Assembly (NCBI RefSeq): GCF_037042905.1
Contig: NC_087260.1
Coordinates: forward strand, 1,860,001 to 1,924,000
From: Lytechinus pictus
Lineage: Eukaryota
Length of the DNA stretch: 64,000 bases
Direction of reading: 5' to 3'
Part shown: positions 12,311 through 25,412 of the stretch, piece after piece
Layout: the number at the start of each line of letters is the position of its first letter
Position numbering within the stretch: position 1 is the first letter of the stretch
Notes under the pieces: model-generated
Databases searched by the model: none
Seen by the model: the letters and a program-made list of their open reading frames with translations, nothing else
Told to the model about the DNA's origin: nothing
Position numbers and translations under genes: made by a program

Positions 12311-12456
12311 GCTTCATTCTTGACCACCATCCTCTTCACAAAAACACATGTACTTAGAATAATGGAGAGAACTGGTGGTTGCTTCATGAGAGAAAGGTTT
12401 TCGTCTTTTTAATTAAGTTTTATGTTTTTATTGTCACCGTCGTTATCATTTCATCT

Positions 12457-12687
12457 CTACTTAGCCGGAAGTTTGCAAATGAAATAGGGCACGTTTTGGC
12501 ATCCTGCGTCATTCCACAAGTTGTTTCCATAATCGCTTCTCATCTGCCCACAATCCTCCAATGTCCTCCAGTTATCTGGTTGTCCTGGTGACCACTTGGT
12601 GAAGTCCATCGGAGTCCCGTCTGTCCATTCGAATTCACCTTCAGTTGATGTATCGTGTAGTCCAAGCCACATGGCCGTCGGTGCAGT
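12457..12687 (-). CDS. Echinoidin-like C-type lectin, exon 4 (terminal): TAPTAMWLGLHD...QPDN...EDC...WND..C...ICKLPAK*
   Basis: Acceptor ttctgtcag|ACT (phase 0); CTLD motifs WLGL, WTDG, QPD, EDC, WND, FICK; AATAAA on the minus strand at 12432-12427. Confidence 0.95.
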   Translation of the reverse strand, partial: TAPTAMWLGLHDTSTEGEFEWTDGTPMDFTKWSPGQPDNWRTLEDCGQMRSDYGNNLWNDAGCQNVPYFICKLPAK

Positions 12688-13109
12688 CTGACAGAATTAT
12701 GCAAAGGATAATAATAAATATTGATATCATTCATTATAATGATAATTATAATAATAATAATAAAATAATAAAACCAATGATAGTAANNNNNNNNNNNNNN
12801 NNNNNNNNNNNNNNNNNNNNNNNNNNNNNNNNNNNNNNNNNNNNNNNNNNNNNNNNNNNNNNNNNNNNNNNNNNNNNNNNNNNNNNNNNNNNNNNNNNNN
12901 NNNNNNNNNNNNNNNNNNNNNNNNNNCGATATAGCGCTTTCTCTAAGTACTTTAGAGGAACTGATATATCTTGTTAGAAGTTATGCTTTGGGGCCCGTTG
13001 CAGAAAGAGTTTAAACGCAAGTCAAAAAATCAATCGCAAGTCCAAAATGCGCGCTGTTGATTGGTTGAAAATCAAGTTGCGCGTGATTTTTAGAGTTGCG
13101 TTTGATATT

Positions 13110-14393
13110 TTACTCATAGATCACAATTACGTGCATTTATGGTGCTCACTCATGTGAAAATTTACTTCCTAGTTCGCATTGTCTATACAATCAATGTCTA
13201 TGGCGGCCATTTTGAAAGTCAAAATACAGCATGAAGCACAAACTTAAAACCTGAATGATATATTTCTTTAGAAATTATGATTTTTAGACAGTATCCCATT
13301 TATTTATCACAAATAAATGCATTTCAGTGCTCACTCTGATTTCTTTGGTCCTCTTTCTCATTGTACATAATACTGTTAGGGCCTTTGGCGGCCATTTTTT
13401 AATATCAAAATACAGTATTTATCATAATTTGTACATAATATTTCGTTAGCAATCGTGATTTTAGTCAGTATTCCACTCGATTCTCTTAATAATTTGCATT
13501 TTAGTGCTCAATCTTGCGATGTTTGTTGGCCCCTTTGCCATAGAAAATAATACTATATGGCACAGTGGAAGCTATTTTAAATATTAAATACAACAATTTT
13601 CCCATACATGACATAATAAATGATATAATCATGTTAGCACTGATGACTTTCATATATTACTTCGTCCATAGACCACAATTATTTGCATTTTAGTGATAAT
13701 TTTTGTGAAAAATTAATGTTCCCTATTTATTTGTACATAATAGGATATACAGAGGTCTGTGGTGGCCATTTTGATTTGATTTGATTTGATTTGATTTGAA
13801 TTTATTTTTCTTCTACATAACAATATAATATAACATAAATGTAACAAACATACATTGACAATAAATCAGGTATAAATCATTTAGCATAAAATTATTAGCA
13901 ATTACGTGCATTTATGGTGCTCACTCGTGTGAAAATTTACTTCCTAGTTCGCATTGTATATACAATCAATGTCTATGGCGGCCATTTTGAAAGTCAAAAT
14001 ACAGTATTAAACACAAACTTAAAACCTGAATGATATATTTCTTTAGAAATTATGTTTTTTAATTATTAATTATCCAATTAATTTTGGATATCAAGAAATA
14101 AATATTTTGTCAAAAAATGTTTGTTTTTTCTTCAGAGAGTATTTCACTCCTGCAACACAATTACATACATTTTATAGCCAATTTGCTGGCAATTTTATGA
14201 TTTTCATGGGTAATATGCATATTTTGGCGGCCATATTAGATTTTGCCAATTTGCGGAAAATGCTCAAGGTTACACGAGTGGCATCATTCAGATTCATAAT
14301 CAGCACCCTCGAATTGACAAGAAAATAAAGAAATATATGGTATATATGAAAAAACAAGGTTTGGTCAATTTTCTATTGCGCCTATCCTGGACT
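13110..14393. mobile_element. Truncated DNA-transposon-like element with internal tandem subrepeats
   Basis: Recurrent ggcggccattttg motif; near-identical ~160-bp direct repeat at ~13123-13283 and ~13899-14060; ends in ...cctggacta (reverse complement TAGTCCAG, the same terminus type as at 51783 and 52112). Confidence 0.6.
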
Positions 14394-14916
14394 ATATGAG
14401 CTGGGAAGAATTACACTAGATACGCTAAAAGAGTAGACACGTCGCCATGTTAATGCTCCTGTTACTGTGCAAGAAGAGGGAAACGTAAGAAAAAAAGATA
14501 TGCTGTTCAATAGAAAAAGACAATACAAGTTTAAAGGAAGAAGAGTAAAATGGGAAGAGAAGAGATAAGAAACCGGAACCAGACCAGATAAGAAAACAAC
14601 CATTACTACTCATGGTGTAGGATAGAAGAGGGGGAAACGAAAAACGATTGAAACAAACAAGAGAAAACATGAAATAAAAAGAAATACATATAAAAAAATA
14701 AATACGAACTTAAAAAAAATGAAAAACACAAAACCAAACCCCGGATAATTGATGATATAGACTAACCCACGTGATAAGGGATAAATAAGAATATTTTGCA
14801 TTTCTCCCTTTAGGGAAATATAAAATCGTTGATTATACCTTTATGAAAACGATAACAATTCAGCAGATGTTCGATGAACAGTTAAAAAAACATTTGCTTT
14901 AACAATGGAAACGTAC

Positions 14917-14936
14917 CCCACTATTTTTGCGCGACG
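14917..14936 (-). CDS. Echinoidin-like C-type lectin, exon 3 (20-nt microexon, (A)SRKNSG)
   Basis: ggacag|CGTCGCGCAAAAATAGTGGG|gtacgt exactly bridges the phase-1 end of exon 2 to the phase-0 start of exon 4. Confidence 0.8.
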
Positions 14937-16864
14937 CTGTCCACCACAAGAGCCCCACAGTATTAACTTTTTTTAGTATATGAAATCTTAAAGAACAAAA
15001 TTTACTTTTTTTTATATTTATCAACAAACAACCAATGGCAAGAAATTTAAAATAGTATGTAATAATATATATAAATAAATAGTTTTGGATACAATGTCAC
15101 CAAAGCGATGATAACTCAAACCAGATTTGTTTTCGGGGGGGGGGGGGGTTCTCATCCAGTTACTAAACGCTTTCCAGTCGCTGTCGTGTTATGCAGGATC
15201 GAATTCAACCTTTCCGCCGTTATGCAACTGCAACTATAGTCAGAAATTAGGCTGTTGAATTCCAAACTACAGAGTGAATCAATAATGATTGTAAGTTAAA
15301 CAGTATATGGGCTACTACTGTCATGATAATGCAATATGGTAATTGGTGAATGCTGCAGCTGACACAATGTCAAATATGCTTGAGAATCTGGAGCAAGGCA
15401 AGGTACCCAAGAAAATTGCCATCTCTCAAGAAACATGGTGAAAGCGAATTCAAAGGTTCATTTATCGAAATTGTAAGCATTGTAATAAGATGCAAGAAAA
15501 GCATGCAACATTGGGAGCTGACACATTCATCCAAGAAACCATCTGCACCTCATGATTTACTTTCAACCGTTTGTCTAAAAAGAATAAGGGCACACGGAAA
15601 GCATTCAGCTGACTCGATCTGATATTGCGATTAAAACTCAAGTATTTGGTATATTGTTCAAGTAATTGCATACATTAGACGGATGGGTACATTGTTATCA
15701 TAACAGAAGGATACACGGCCTAAAAAGTTGACACCCAGAAAGGGGCCATTCTTGATTTAAAAAACCAAAATGTTTGCTAGCACCAAGTTAAGATTGTCAT
15801 TGGTTATGCAATAAGATGTACAAAATTTAAACCTACATTATGAATGTTGAGTCGTTGATCGAGGATCAAGCGTTGCGTGTCGAGAACTGTTCGCTATATG
15901 TACAATTTGAAATACTCATGAGTTAAATTGTGCACTTCAGGAAATTAAGACACGCAATAGTGTGTGTGTGTGTGGGGGGGGGGGGGGGTATCCGCAAAGA
16001 GTGCGATACATGAGTTTGCATAACTAATATTGTAAATATATAGATTTGGAAAACAGAGACAAAAATAAACTACTAGTATGTTGCCAGGTGAAGTCAAATA
16101 TCATTATCTGCTCTGTCTATTACGAATCATTAAAATGAAACTAAGCAGTTGCAAACAATGTAAGCCAAAATGCGCTAATAATATAGAAGCATGGCCAATG
16201 ACATGTGTTAAAGACCTTAGATCTTAACGGATGATTCAATCGTATACACTGGGTTTACATTAATATCAAATCGCAAAAAAATGCAAAAAAGAGGGAAAAT
16301 TAATGTCTTAATGATAAACAAACTGTCATGCAAGAAGTACGTCGTTGTAATACAAGAAGTAATTCGTTGTAAGAAAGGTCGATAAACTTTATCAGCTAAT
16401 AATCAACCAGTTGACCTCAGAGGTATCGTCTCATTTCATTAATTAGGTATAATAGAATGTCAAATTACAGTATATGCTACCTGAGCTGAAGAGATAAATA
16501 AGCTCTAGGATTTGCAAGCGTTGCCATCTTGCATGCTAATATAAGGCATGCATGTCCTAATCTACGTATAATATAGTTCCTTGTAATAGAATAATAAGAG
16601 CTTTGGTTTCATTTGCAACCAGTTGACTACTGGTATAGTCAATTTGACTGATTTGTTTTAAGAGTGTGGCCGGATAGAGAGTATCGGGCAAAATTTTCGA
16701 CATATTAAGTTCAAAAGTCAAATTTTGTGATGGATTTTGAGATATTTTCAGAAAATATTCCACCATTCACTATTTCATTTTCTTTCCCTTTCTCCCCCCC
16801 CCCTTGATCTTGATTTTTGTTTTGTTTTCTGGGTGGGGCAAGCGACCCCCCCCCCTTTACCTAC

Positions 16865-17025
16865 CTCTGAAAACTGTTGAGACGAAGTTTTGTTCTTCCT
16901 CAGAATGAATAGAGACAAGATGCCCAACACTGTCGATAATTGTCCCTCCACTGCCAAGAGAGGGCACACTATACGACTGGCAGGAGTTTTCTGCGTCCTC
17001 CCAGGATTTGTTGGAGGCGAAAAAC
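16865..17025 (-). CDS. Echinoidin-like C-type lectin, exon 2 (FFASNKSWEDAENSCQSYSVPSLGSGGTIIDSVGHLVSIHSEEEQNFVSTVFR)
   Basis: catttag|G...AGAG|gtaggt, 161 nt; CTLD pattern W..A...C...HLVSIHSEEEQNFV, closely resembling echinoidin as recalled. Confidence 0.93.
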
Positions 17026-17515
17026 CTAAATGACCGGATCGGAAAGAGGGCGGAGACCCAAGGACGAATTATATTATAATTTCAATACAGAATTTACATT
17101 AAAATCTGCTATCAGGGGATCACTCGATCATCTTTAAAAACAAAAGAGTTAAAATATGAAAAACTGCAAATAATGCCAGAGTTTACTGGGTGAGATAGCC
17201 AATAGTCTTACACAAAGTGAAAATGTTAAAGAATACATGAAAGTAAGCGAGCAAAGTGAACTAGCTGATTTACATCGTTTTATGAGATAGGGTAATGACG
17301 CTTGTCACTGATAATAGTGTTGAGCTAATTCTCATTGAATTAATTCATGTAAAATCGATAGACATATAGGCCTATTCATGTCCACGTTTGCCTATGTTGC
17401 TTTAAAAAGTCTGAAAAACTGATCTATTTCATTTATCCGATACTTCAAATTCAAATGCAATGTCACAGCCACTTAACAAATTAAAAGAACGACTTTGTTG
17501 ATAATTTTGATTTAC

Positions 17516-17652
17516 CTGTAGCAGTTTTGTCCGAAAGCAGACCAGTATGTAGGACAACAACATCCCGCTAGTACCCCGGTCGAACACGCAGCAACGATGA
17601 TGACCAAAGAGAAAAAGAACAGCATCTTCCCCTGAGCATTCATCATGTTCAT
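17516..17652 (-). CDS. Echinoidin-like C-type lectin, exon 1 (signal peptide + GCCCPTYWSAFGQNCYR)
   Basis: ATG at 17652 (in-frame Mets follow); hydrophobic LFFFSLVIIVAACSTGVLA; long-form CTLD start CP..W..F..NCY; donor TACAG|gtaaat. Four exons total 549 nt = 182 aa + stop. Confidence 0.93.
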
Positions 17653-18164
17653 CTTGTCTTAGATATTCTACAGGTTTAGGGCAAACACAGGGCTAAGATT
17701 AGTAAAACCTCTGCAAATTGGTGTTTTTGTTTAGTAGAACACCGTGAATTACAGTTTCGGAAGTAGCAAGTAGAATCCGGTTTAAATCACATTTCCGCTT
17801 TAATTGTAACCATGGTAACAGGGGGTGGATCCAGAATTGACCGCGGGCGATTTCTGCCAAGCCCCTGCCCCGCGTTGCAAACACAGGTTTCATGTGATAT
17901 TTGAAAGAGACATGTCGTCGAAAGTTCTCACAAAATAACGGTATTTTCAGAACAATGCGTATCTACAATGAGTTCTTCGATATTTGATTGAGTGGATGAC
18001 GGACGTTTGTTTTTAAAATTGAATATTAATATTTTTTTTTACATGTTTCTGTTTGGTATTTCTCTCATATTCTACATTAAATATTACCAAGAGGCCTACC
18101 ACTTTGATACTATTCATTATTACCTATTGTTGTATCATTCTTCTTATTTGTATCATTATAATGA

Positions 18165-18443
18165 TTAATAATAATAATATATGGTATTTATATTGCGCAC
18201 ATATTCACCTTGTTAGGTGCTCAAGGCGCTCCTATATTACCCGGCTAAGCTAGGCGTTCATAGCGCACACAGCTTTTTAAGGAATTACTTCCTACCGGTA
18301 CCCATTTACCTCACATGGGTTGAGTGCAGCACGTACACTATGGATCAGTTTCTTGCTGAGGGAAATTACGCCATGGCTGGGATTCAAACCCACGACCCTC
18401 TGTTTCAAAGTCCGAAGACTAATCCACTGAGCCACAACGCTCC
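18165..18443 (-). mobile_element. tRNA-derived SINE
   Basis: Minus strand starts ggagcgttgTGGCTCAGTGG (A box)...GGTTTGAATCC (B box) and ends in a (TAT)n tail; second copy at 49735-50022. Confidence 0.85.
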
Positions 18444-18492
18444 ACATTACATTTATTGTCATCATGATTATCATCATCATCATCAACAACAA

Positions 18493-20090
18493 CCAGGGAC
18501 GGATCCAGCTTTCGTCAATGGGGGGGGGGGGGGGGGGGGGCGAAAAAAAAATCACCCACATTTTCCGTGATCGGCCGCTCAAACAACCGCGTAGGAAATA
18601 GGCCCCATTCCTTTCCGCGAATGGCGTCGAAGCGCTGAATTTGAGAAATTTCTCTGAAACTTTAACCTGTTATAATTTTGACATTTCTTAGACTTTAACT
18701 CGCTTAAGAAGAAAAATGAGCTCAAAATGTGAAAGGGATGATGCAAGCTAGAAGAGGGACTTAATCGCGAAGCACGGAAACCGTTCTCATTTATTTTAGA
18801 AGAAAAAAAATTGTGCAATTTCGCTCATATTAAAACATGTATTAAGCGCTTCCTTATATTTGATTAAGAAACTTCAGTGATATTAAAATTTTGAAATCAA
18901 TGCCACAAAACAAGACAGGAGATGGATGTGCAGCAATAATAGTAAAAAGTTTCATATCATACATACTTTAGCATATAACAAGGCACGAATTTAATGCCTC
19001 CCTCTTTGAGCAGATATACTTTGCCAAAAAACTACTTGCTGAACAATAGCGAAAGAAATTTGGGGAGTCGGGAAGTGACGGTAAGGTTTACCCGCTCCGA
19101 ACAGAAGAGCGGACCTTTTGTGTCAATGCAATGAAAAAATAATTGTCATACTCTTATACACCAAGGTATAATTTATGATTTCTGGCGAGAATATACAATT
19201 CCCACAGCCGGGAAGGGGAAAAACGGAGTAGAAAGAATTGTGGGATGCAAAAGGGAAAGGCGCTTTTGATATATTTCCCGCGCGGAGCGCGGAAGCAAAA
19301 TTTTGTTTGAAGAGAGAAGACCAACCTTTCGTTTATGTTTTTATTCTTTTGACAAAAAAGAAGGAATGGCAACAAAGCTATATCTTTCTTCGTCCCATTT
19401 CTCCTATCGCTTTTTTTTTCCTTTTCCTTTTTTTTTCTCTTTGGGGGCGTTTCGGGGGCGAACTTTCTGTAATTTTCAACGGGACAGGTATATAACTAAA
19501 CAATGCGTGCGCGAAGCTTGAGCGGAAAAAACGAGATTCAGACCAAAAAACGGGACACTCTATGAATGTTTTGTTTTAATCATGAAATGGATGGGTAACT
19601 CGGCCTTCCTATATATAATGCGAGCGCGAAGCACGAGCAAAAAAAATTGATATTGTGGTCTGAAATTTGATAACTTTGCACGTTTTAAATGATGAACCAG
19701 CTGCGCCTCTTAAAAAAAATGCGTGCGCATGTTTTATATTTAAACCTAGTATCTGGGCATTCGGAATATTTTTTTTTATCATGAAAATCAATAATGCGAG
19801 TGCGAAGCGCGAGCTGAAAATATTTGATATTCCGATCTGTGAAGGGAACAAATTAAGCATTATTTCAAGCACTATGTAGAAAAATTGTGAAGTGGATGTT
19901 GATCGCAATTAAGAAATGATGCAAGCGGGAAGTGCAAGCTGATTATTTTTACCTAGGACCGGGACATTCAAAGGACATTTTGTCATCATATGAAAATGAT
20001 GTCTTTCTTCCTATCCCTCTTTCTAAGCGCGAGATATTCCATTCTGAAAAGTAGGCCTATGGGGGTCGGCCCGGCCGTTACGAGGCCGTA
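18493..20090. mobile_element. Degenerate non-autonomous DNA transposon(s), hAT-like family
   Basis: Starts cagggacggatcc plus a G run; shares gcgagcgcgaagcgcgagctgaaaa motifs with 9283-10475 and ~61000-61940. Boundaries uncertain. Confidence 0.5.
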
Positions 20091-21316
20091 AATTAAACAC
20101 GGGTATAAATACCTCCTCCTTACTTTTCTTTCTGTTTTTCAGCGTTATTCTCAAGTTAAAAAGGACACTTTGTTAACATCATCGTCGTCATCATTAGCAA
20201 CATCGTCATCATCATGATGATCATCATCAACATCATCAGGGGCGGATCGATGATTTTTCAAAGGGGGACATTTTGTACAGGGAATTTTCGACAACCCCCC
20301 CACCCCCCCAAAAAGTAGGTTCTCACTTGATTATGCATGACATACATATTTGACTAAATATATTTTGGTGCCCCTCAAGGCGGGGGGGGGGGAGGGGGGC
20401 ACTGCATGGTCGGATATAACCACAATCAGAATCAGAGAAAAACCACAAAACATTAAGTATTCGAGATTCATTACTCATTTCACGCCCATTCAAACGTTAT
20501 TGGCTAGATGCCTGATCACTCGTTTCAAATATTGAATGCGTTGAAGCGATAGCCAGGCAGACTCAAGGCAAATAATTTTTGGAAAGCGTATGACAGTAAT
20601 ATGTAACCAATATGAACGAAAAGAAAATTCAAATTATTTTCCACGTTCCTTTTCGTCTCTTTACTTTTCTCTTTTCCTTCTCTTCCTTCTCCTTTTCTCT
20701 ATTTTACCTATCATTTTCTATTTTTTTCCCTTTCCCTTATCCTTTTATTTTTAAATTTACTTTATTTTGGAGGATATGGGGGGGGGGCAATAAAACTTCG
20801 CACCCGCTCCCTCACTTCATTGATTTGTTCATTATCTCGAGACCTCTCCATATCAGTAATTGTTGTTATTGCATCAGATTGGTCAAAGTGTTGTGCCCAC
20901 TGGCATACAGATGGAAGGAAGAGCCCCCTCCCCCATTTTTCTACAACAAAACAGAGAGAATAGAACAGAAAAGGAAAGGTGAAATATGGTATCATTTTCT
21001 CAATATTACGTCAAAATCTATCTCAAAATTTGATTTTTGTTATAATTTTAAAGTTTTTTCGCTTGCAACTTTTTATCAATTTTATAGGCAATATGCCATA
21101 TCTAGCCACTTCAAAATTGTTGGGTCATTATTCCACTGATCTGTGTTACATAGGATACCATTCAGGGAAAATAACAAATACATTAAGCCATTTCCTGGCT
21201 GAGTTCTAGAAAGTTAGGGTTTACCTAAAAAGGAAGAGGATGATTGGCAGCTTAGAACTAAACACGACTCCAACATGTCCGAGGAGAAGAAGAAAAAGAA
21301 GGAAATTTGCCAATAA

Positions 21317-21896
21317 AGGACAAGTCCACCCCAACAGAAAGTTAATTTGGATAAAAAGAGAAAAATCCAACAAGCATAAGGCTGAAAATTTCATCAAAAT
21401 TGGATGTAAAATAAAGTTTCGCTTAATTTCACAAAACAGTTATATGCACATCCCGGTCGGTATGCAAAATGGGAACTGATGACATCACTCACTCACTATT
21501 TCTTTTGTATTTTATTATATGAAATATTCTAATTTTCTTCCCATTGTCCTTTGAAAGAAATTTTTATTTCTCCCTGAACATGTGGAATTACCATTACTTA
21601 TAATTAACATTAAATGGTTCAGTCAAGTTGGTCCTTGTTGTCAAATCTGTAAACAATGAAATATTGTGTAATTCAAACAATCAAAAAACAAATGAAATAG
21701 TGAATGAGGGACATCACCGATTCTCTCAATTGCATGTAACTAAATCGTGTATATAACTATTTTGTGAAAACTAAGCAAAACTTTAAAATATCATAACTTT
21801 ATTTTACATCAGATTTAAATGAAATTTTCAGCATTATCCTTGTCTGATTTTTCTCTATTGATTTAACTCAACGTTTTTCTGAGGTGGACTTGACCT
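21317..21896. mobile_element. MITE with TTAA-type target (aggacaagtccacc...ggtggacttgacct)
   Basis: Long imperfect TIRs, ATAA/TTAA flanks; same family as 57385-57987. Confidence 0.85.
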
Positions 21897-22594
21897 TTAA
21901 TGACCAGGTACTGGCGTTATGCATTTTTGTTTCAAATTTCAGCCTGGGATATTCGCTTGCTTGCTGGAAAAAATCCAGCAAAACAAATCAATAAAATAAA
22001 TATAAGAAATAAAAATAAATGAAATAATAATTAAACAACAGTAAATCGTTCAAATTGACAATTGCAGATATAACAAACAAGTTTGAGAGAAGTTTGGTTT
22101 TATTTCTTTGATTTCTTTCACAAATAAATACCGTTAGGTATAGATGCCTGTTCGTTATCATAATCAGGTTTCATCAAAATCTGTATAACTTTTCACACCC
22201 CATAACCAATAAAAGTTCGAAATTCAAATCATGGTCATGTATACATAATCTGTAAAATATTTTTTTCTTGAACAGCGAACATTTTGTTCATAAATGAACT
22301 CCAATCATGTATGTATAGCTCATGTTGAAGGAAACAAATATCATACCAGACTGTCTAAGCATCGGAAAGGACTTAATTATGTGCATTTCATTGATTTATT
22401 ATAGAATTACCTTATTACGATATAAATTTCAGAAACCCCTTTCCAATGACTGCTTTTTCAAACCTGGATTTCTCTGTTGATAAGATTAAACCTTCTTCTT
22501 CGATAATCCCGAATAAGACCCTTTAAACATCAACCTCAAGTGTTTGCGTATGAGAGAGATCATATCTGAAAATCTCGCCAAATCCAACACTTAA

Positions 22595-23191
22595 AGGGGA
22601 ATCCAACCCAAATAAAAACTTGTTTTTATAAGAAAAAGAAAAATCAGACAAGTTGATTGGTGAAAGTTTGAAAAATATTGGACAAACAACAAGAAAGTTA
22701 TGATTATTTAAAAGTTGTAAATATTGGTAATCACTATACCCATGGAGACTTCAAATTGGCCGCATATGGGATGTCATAGTGATGTAAGGCAAGGACTACT
22801 CTTCCGTGTACTCCAATACATATTATGGCTAAAATGTCATTTTTCCCAATAGTTTTATTTTAAATTATATTTTTCTTTCATGAGGACATAAAACAATATA
22901 TACTACCTGGATTATATTTAGATTACTGCCCAAAGGGAATGGGTACTTAGGAGAAAACCACAAATCCCTGATAATAAAGTACATGGCCTATGGGAAAGTT
23001 GTCCTTGCCCCTTGTCATAATTTACTTACCCAGTTGCCAATTTGAAATCTACATACTATTAGTGATCTCAATTTAAAAGCAGCTATAACTTTCTTATTGC
23101 TTGTCCGATTTCTTTCAAACTTTCGCCATTCTGTTTAATTTATTTTTCTCCTTCCCAACAGAACATTTTATGGCCAAGGCTGGATTCCCCT
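22595..23191. mobile_element. MITE with TTAA TSD (aggggaatcca...tggattcccct)
   Basis: TTAA at 22591-22594 and 23192-23195; terminal inverted repeats. Confidence 0.85.
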
Positions 23192-23866
23192 TTAAAAATA
23201 GTTTCATTGAAACAAAAAAACGTTTTTACCATTGATTAGTTGATGTATTCATTACTTTTTTGTTAACTGGAAATAAAAACGTGACCTCTCAAGTTTAAAC
23301 ATTTTGAAAATTGATTTTATCCCGAAATGTAAGATCTCTGATTCCACCTTTAACGTGACTTTTGCTTTGTGATTTAATTTCCATTAAATTAGTTGACAAT
23401 GAATTCAGACTTTGGATTGACTAGTCTTTAGATTTACCAAATCTCAAACAGATTTCAAAACCATCCCATTTTTATTAATGGTCAGAATATACTTGTTTGG
23501 AATTTTTAAAACTAACCTACCATTGGTTTTGCCATTGCTGTTCTCAATATTATTATTTACAACTTATACCTCAACCTACCATTTCCTCGTCTATTTCTGT
23601 ATAATTTATGTTTCAAATCTTAATTCCAATGTTTGACTTCAACAGATTCCGGCAATGGGCATGATGGGGGTATTCTTCTTACTCTGAAGCCATTGTTATT
23701 GACGTCACAATTTAATATACATGATAAAGATTATTTACAAATATCATAATTACACGATTATATACACATCACTTAAATAAATATTCCATGATTTACAACC
23801 CACAAACCTCACACATCCCCAAAACAGACAGACATACAAACATACAAATAAAATGTATTATAGGCC

Positions 23867-24133
23867 TATCCTACATAGATTAAATCCTGTAATGTGATTG
23901 GTTCAAATAGCATCATGTGACCAAATACATTTTAAATATGATGTTGCGTAACGTCAGTCATCGATATATTTTTCGCTGTACCAATATTCTGACGTCATTA
24001 TTTCAGATAACTGGATATTTAGTTAAACTCTCGGTTGGATTGGCAAAACTACTAAAAATTTCATAGTAAATGCGAGACCCACCTCGGATAAACAATTCCA
24101 CTATACTTTCTCAAAGCCTGATATATTTGTGTA
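23867..24133 (+). mobile_element. Older, internally deleted copy of the 516-bp hairpin element
   Basis: Matches both ends of the 28997-29512 unit (tatcctacatag... and ...caaagcctgatatatttg) but lacks the central part and the hairpin apex. Confidence 0.85.
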
Positions 24134-24738
24134 TTATCTTTTACCTACTGCAGCTTTTTCGTTATTTTGCAAAGAACATTATCACCGAAGGCGCCACTTA
24201 AATATTACGTGATCCACATTAGGCGCGAGGAGTTTGAACCATAAAGTTCGCAACTGCACGCGGCTCACGTCGGCGTATATATCACCAAATCTTTGCGCAC
24301 ACAACACGATCCAACTGCGATCCGATTTTGGAAAACATCTAGAATTCATGATAGCAATTGGTTTTACCATTCTAACTTGTAAAATCTTAACGGTCAATGA
24401 TGGAATATCGAAATCGAAATATAGGGATATCAAAATCAAAATTCTAGGATTTTACAAAGCCTCCTTGTTTAATGAAAGGGGGGGGGGGGGGGAGGAATCG
24501 CACATTAAATTCTAAATCTTAATGACGCCCAGGATTTTTTTTTTTCATCGACAGCGATATGAAAAAGATTCTTTGGATCTTCCATATTCAATGCAAAATG
24601 CGACTCCTAAGAAAATCGGGTCGGAGCCAATCCGTGTAGTGTGCGGCGGGTTCATAAATACTCCGATCCACAATGACCTTCACCACCTCCATCAACAAAT
24701 CTTCAATGCTTGTCGTTTGCAACTGTAACATCCACATT

Positions 24739-25081
24739 CATGGGCGGAAATCTCTCCTAAAAGGTAGGGGGGACAAGGGGCTGGAGAATTTGACAAGCAA
24801 AAAAAAAAAAGGTTATCACCCCAAATTTCCCAAATTTATGGTCATTTCGACGAAAATAAATTTGACAAGCAAAAAAAAAAAAAAAAAAAAAAAAAAAGGT
24901 TATCATCCCAAAAGTAAGGTCATCTCGTCCTAAAATACATGTTTATTTCGATTTTGAATGATGTATTTCTTACCATCATAAAAGACCACAAATAGTAGGG
25001 GGGGCATTCGCTATTGTGTCCCCCCTACTATTTTGAGTAGGGGGACACGCCCCCCTGTCCCCCCTGGGATTTCCGCCCATG
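24739..25081. mobile_element. hAT-type MITE
   Basis: catgggcggaaatc...gatttccgcccatg; 8-bp TSD tccacatt / tccgcatt (7/8). Confidence 0.85.
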
Positions 25082-25412
25082 TCCGCATTGATATAAGAGT
25101 TAACAAATACTTTTATACAGCAATCACATTCTGGTCGGCAACAACATGATCAATATCCTTCACGTCAACATTAACGAGTATAAATGGAAAGGGAAGTATT
25201 GTGGCATGAAAACAAGAACATCCAAAGGGGAGCCAAGCTCTTTTGAAATGTCTGAGAAAAACCGTCTCAAGTCAAGAACAGTTCACATAATTCCAATTGG
25301 GGTATGATCCCTAGGGAATAAGACCCCAAACACAATAGAAATTGCGCTTTCTTCTACTGGGCAGCACTGTTACCTCCGTAGCACTCAAATCTATTCACGT
25401 CCTTGTTATTTT

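Noticed and set aside
18370-18443. tRNA-like sequence with A and B boxes (also ~49950-50022 and ~44970-45033)
   Set aside because: Continues into a shared SINE body and tail; no complete cloverleaf acceptor stem seen.
20612-21139. F/L/S-rich 'membrane protein' ORFs (also 43824-44232, 36030-36522, 33592-34227)
   Set aside because: Translations of pyrimidine-rich low-complexity DNA or alternative frames of real exons.
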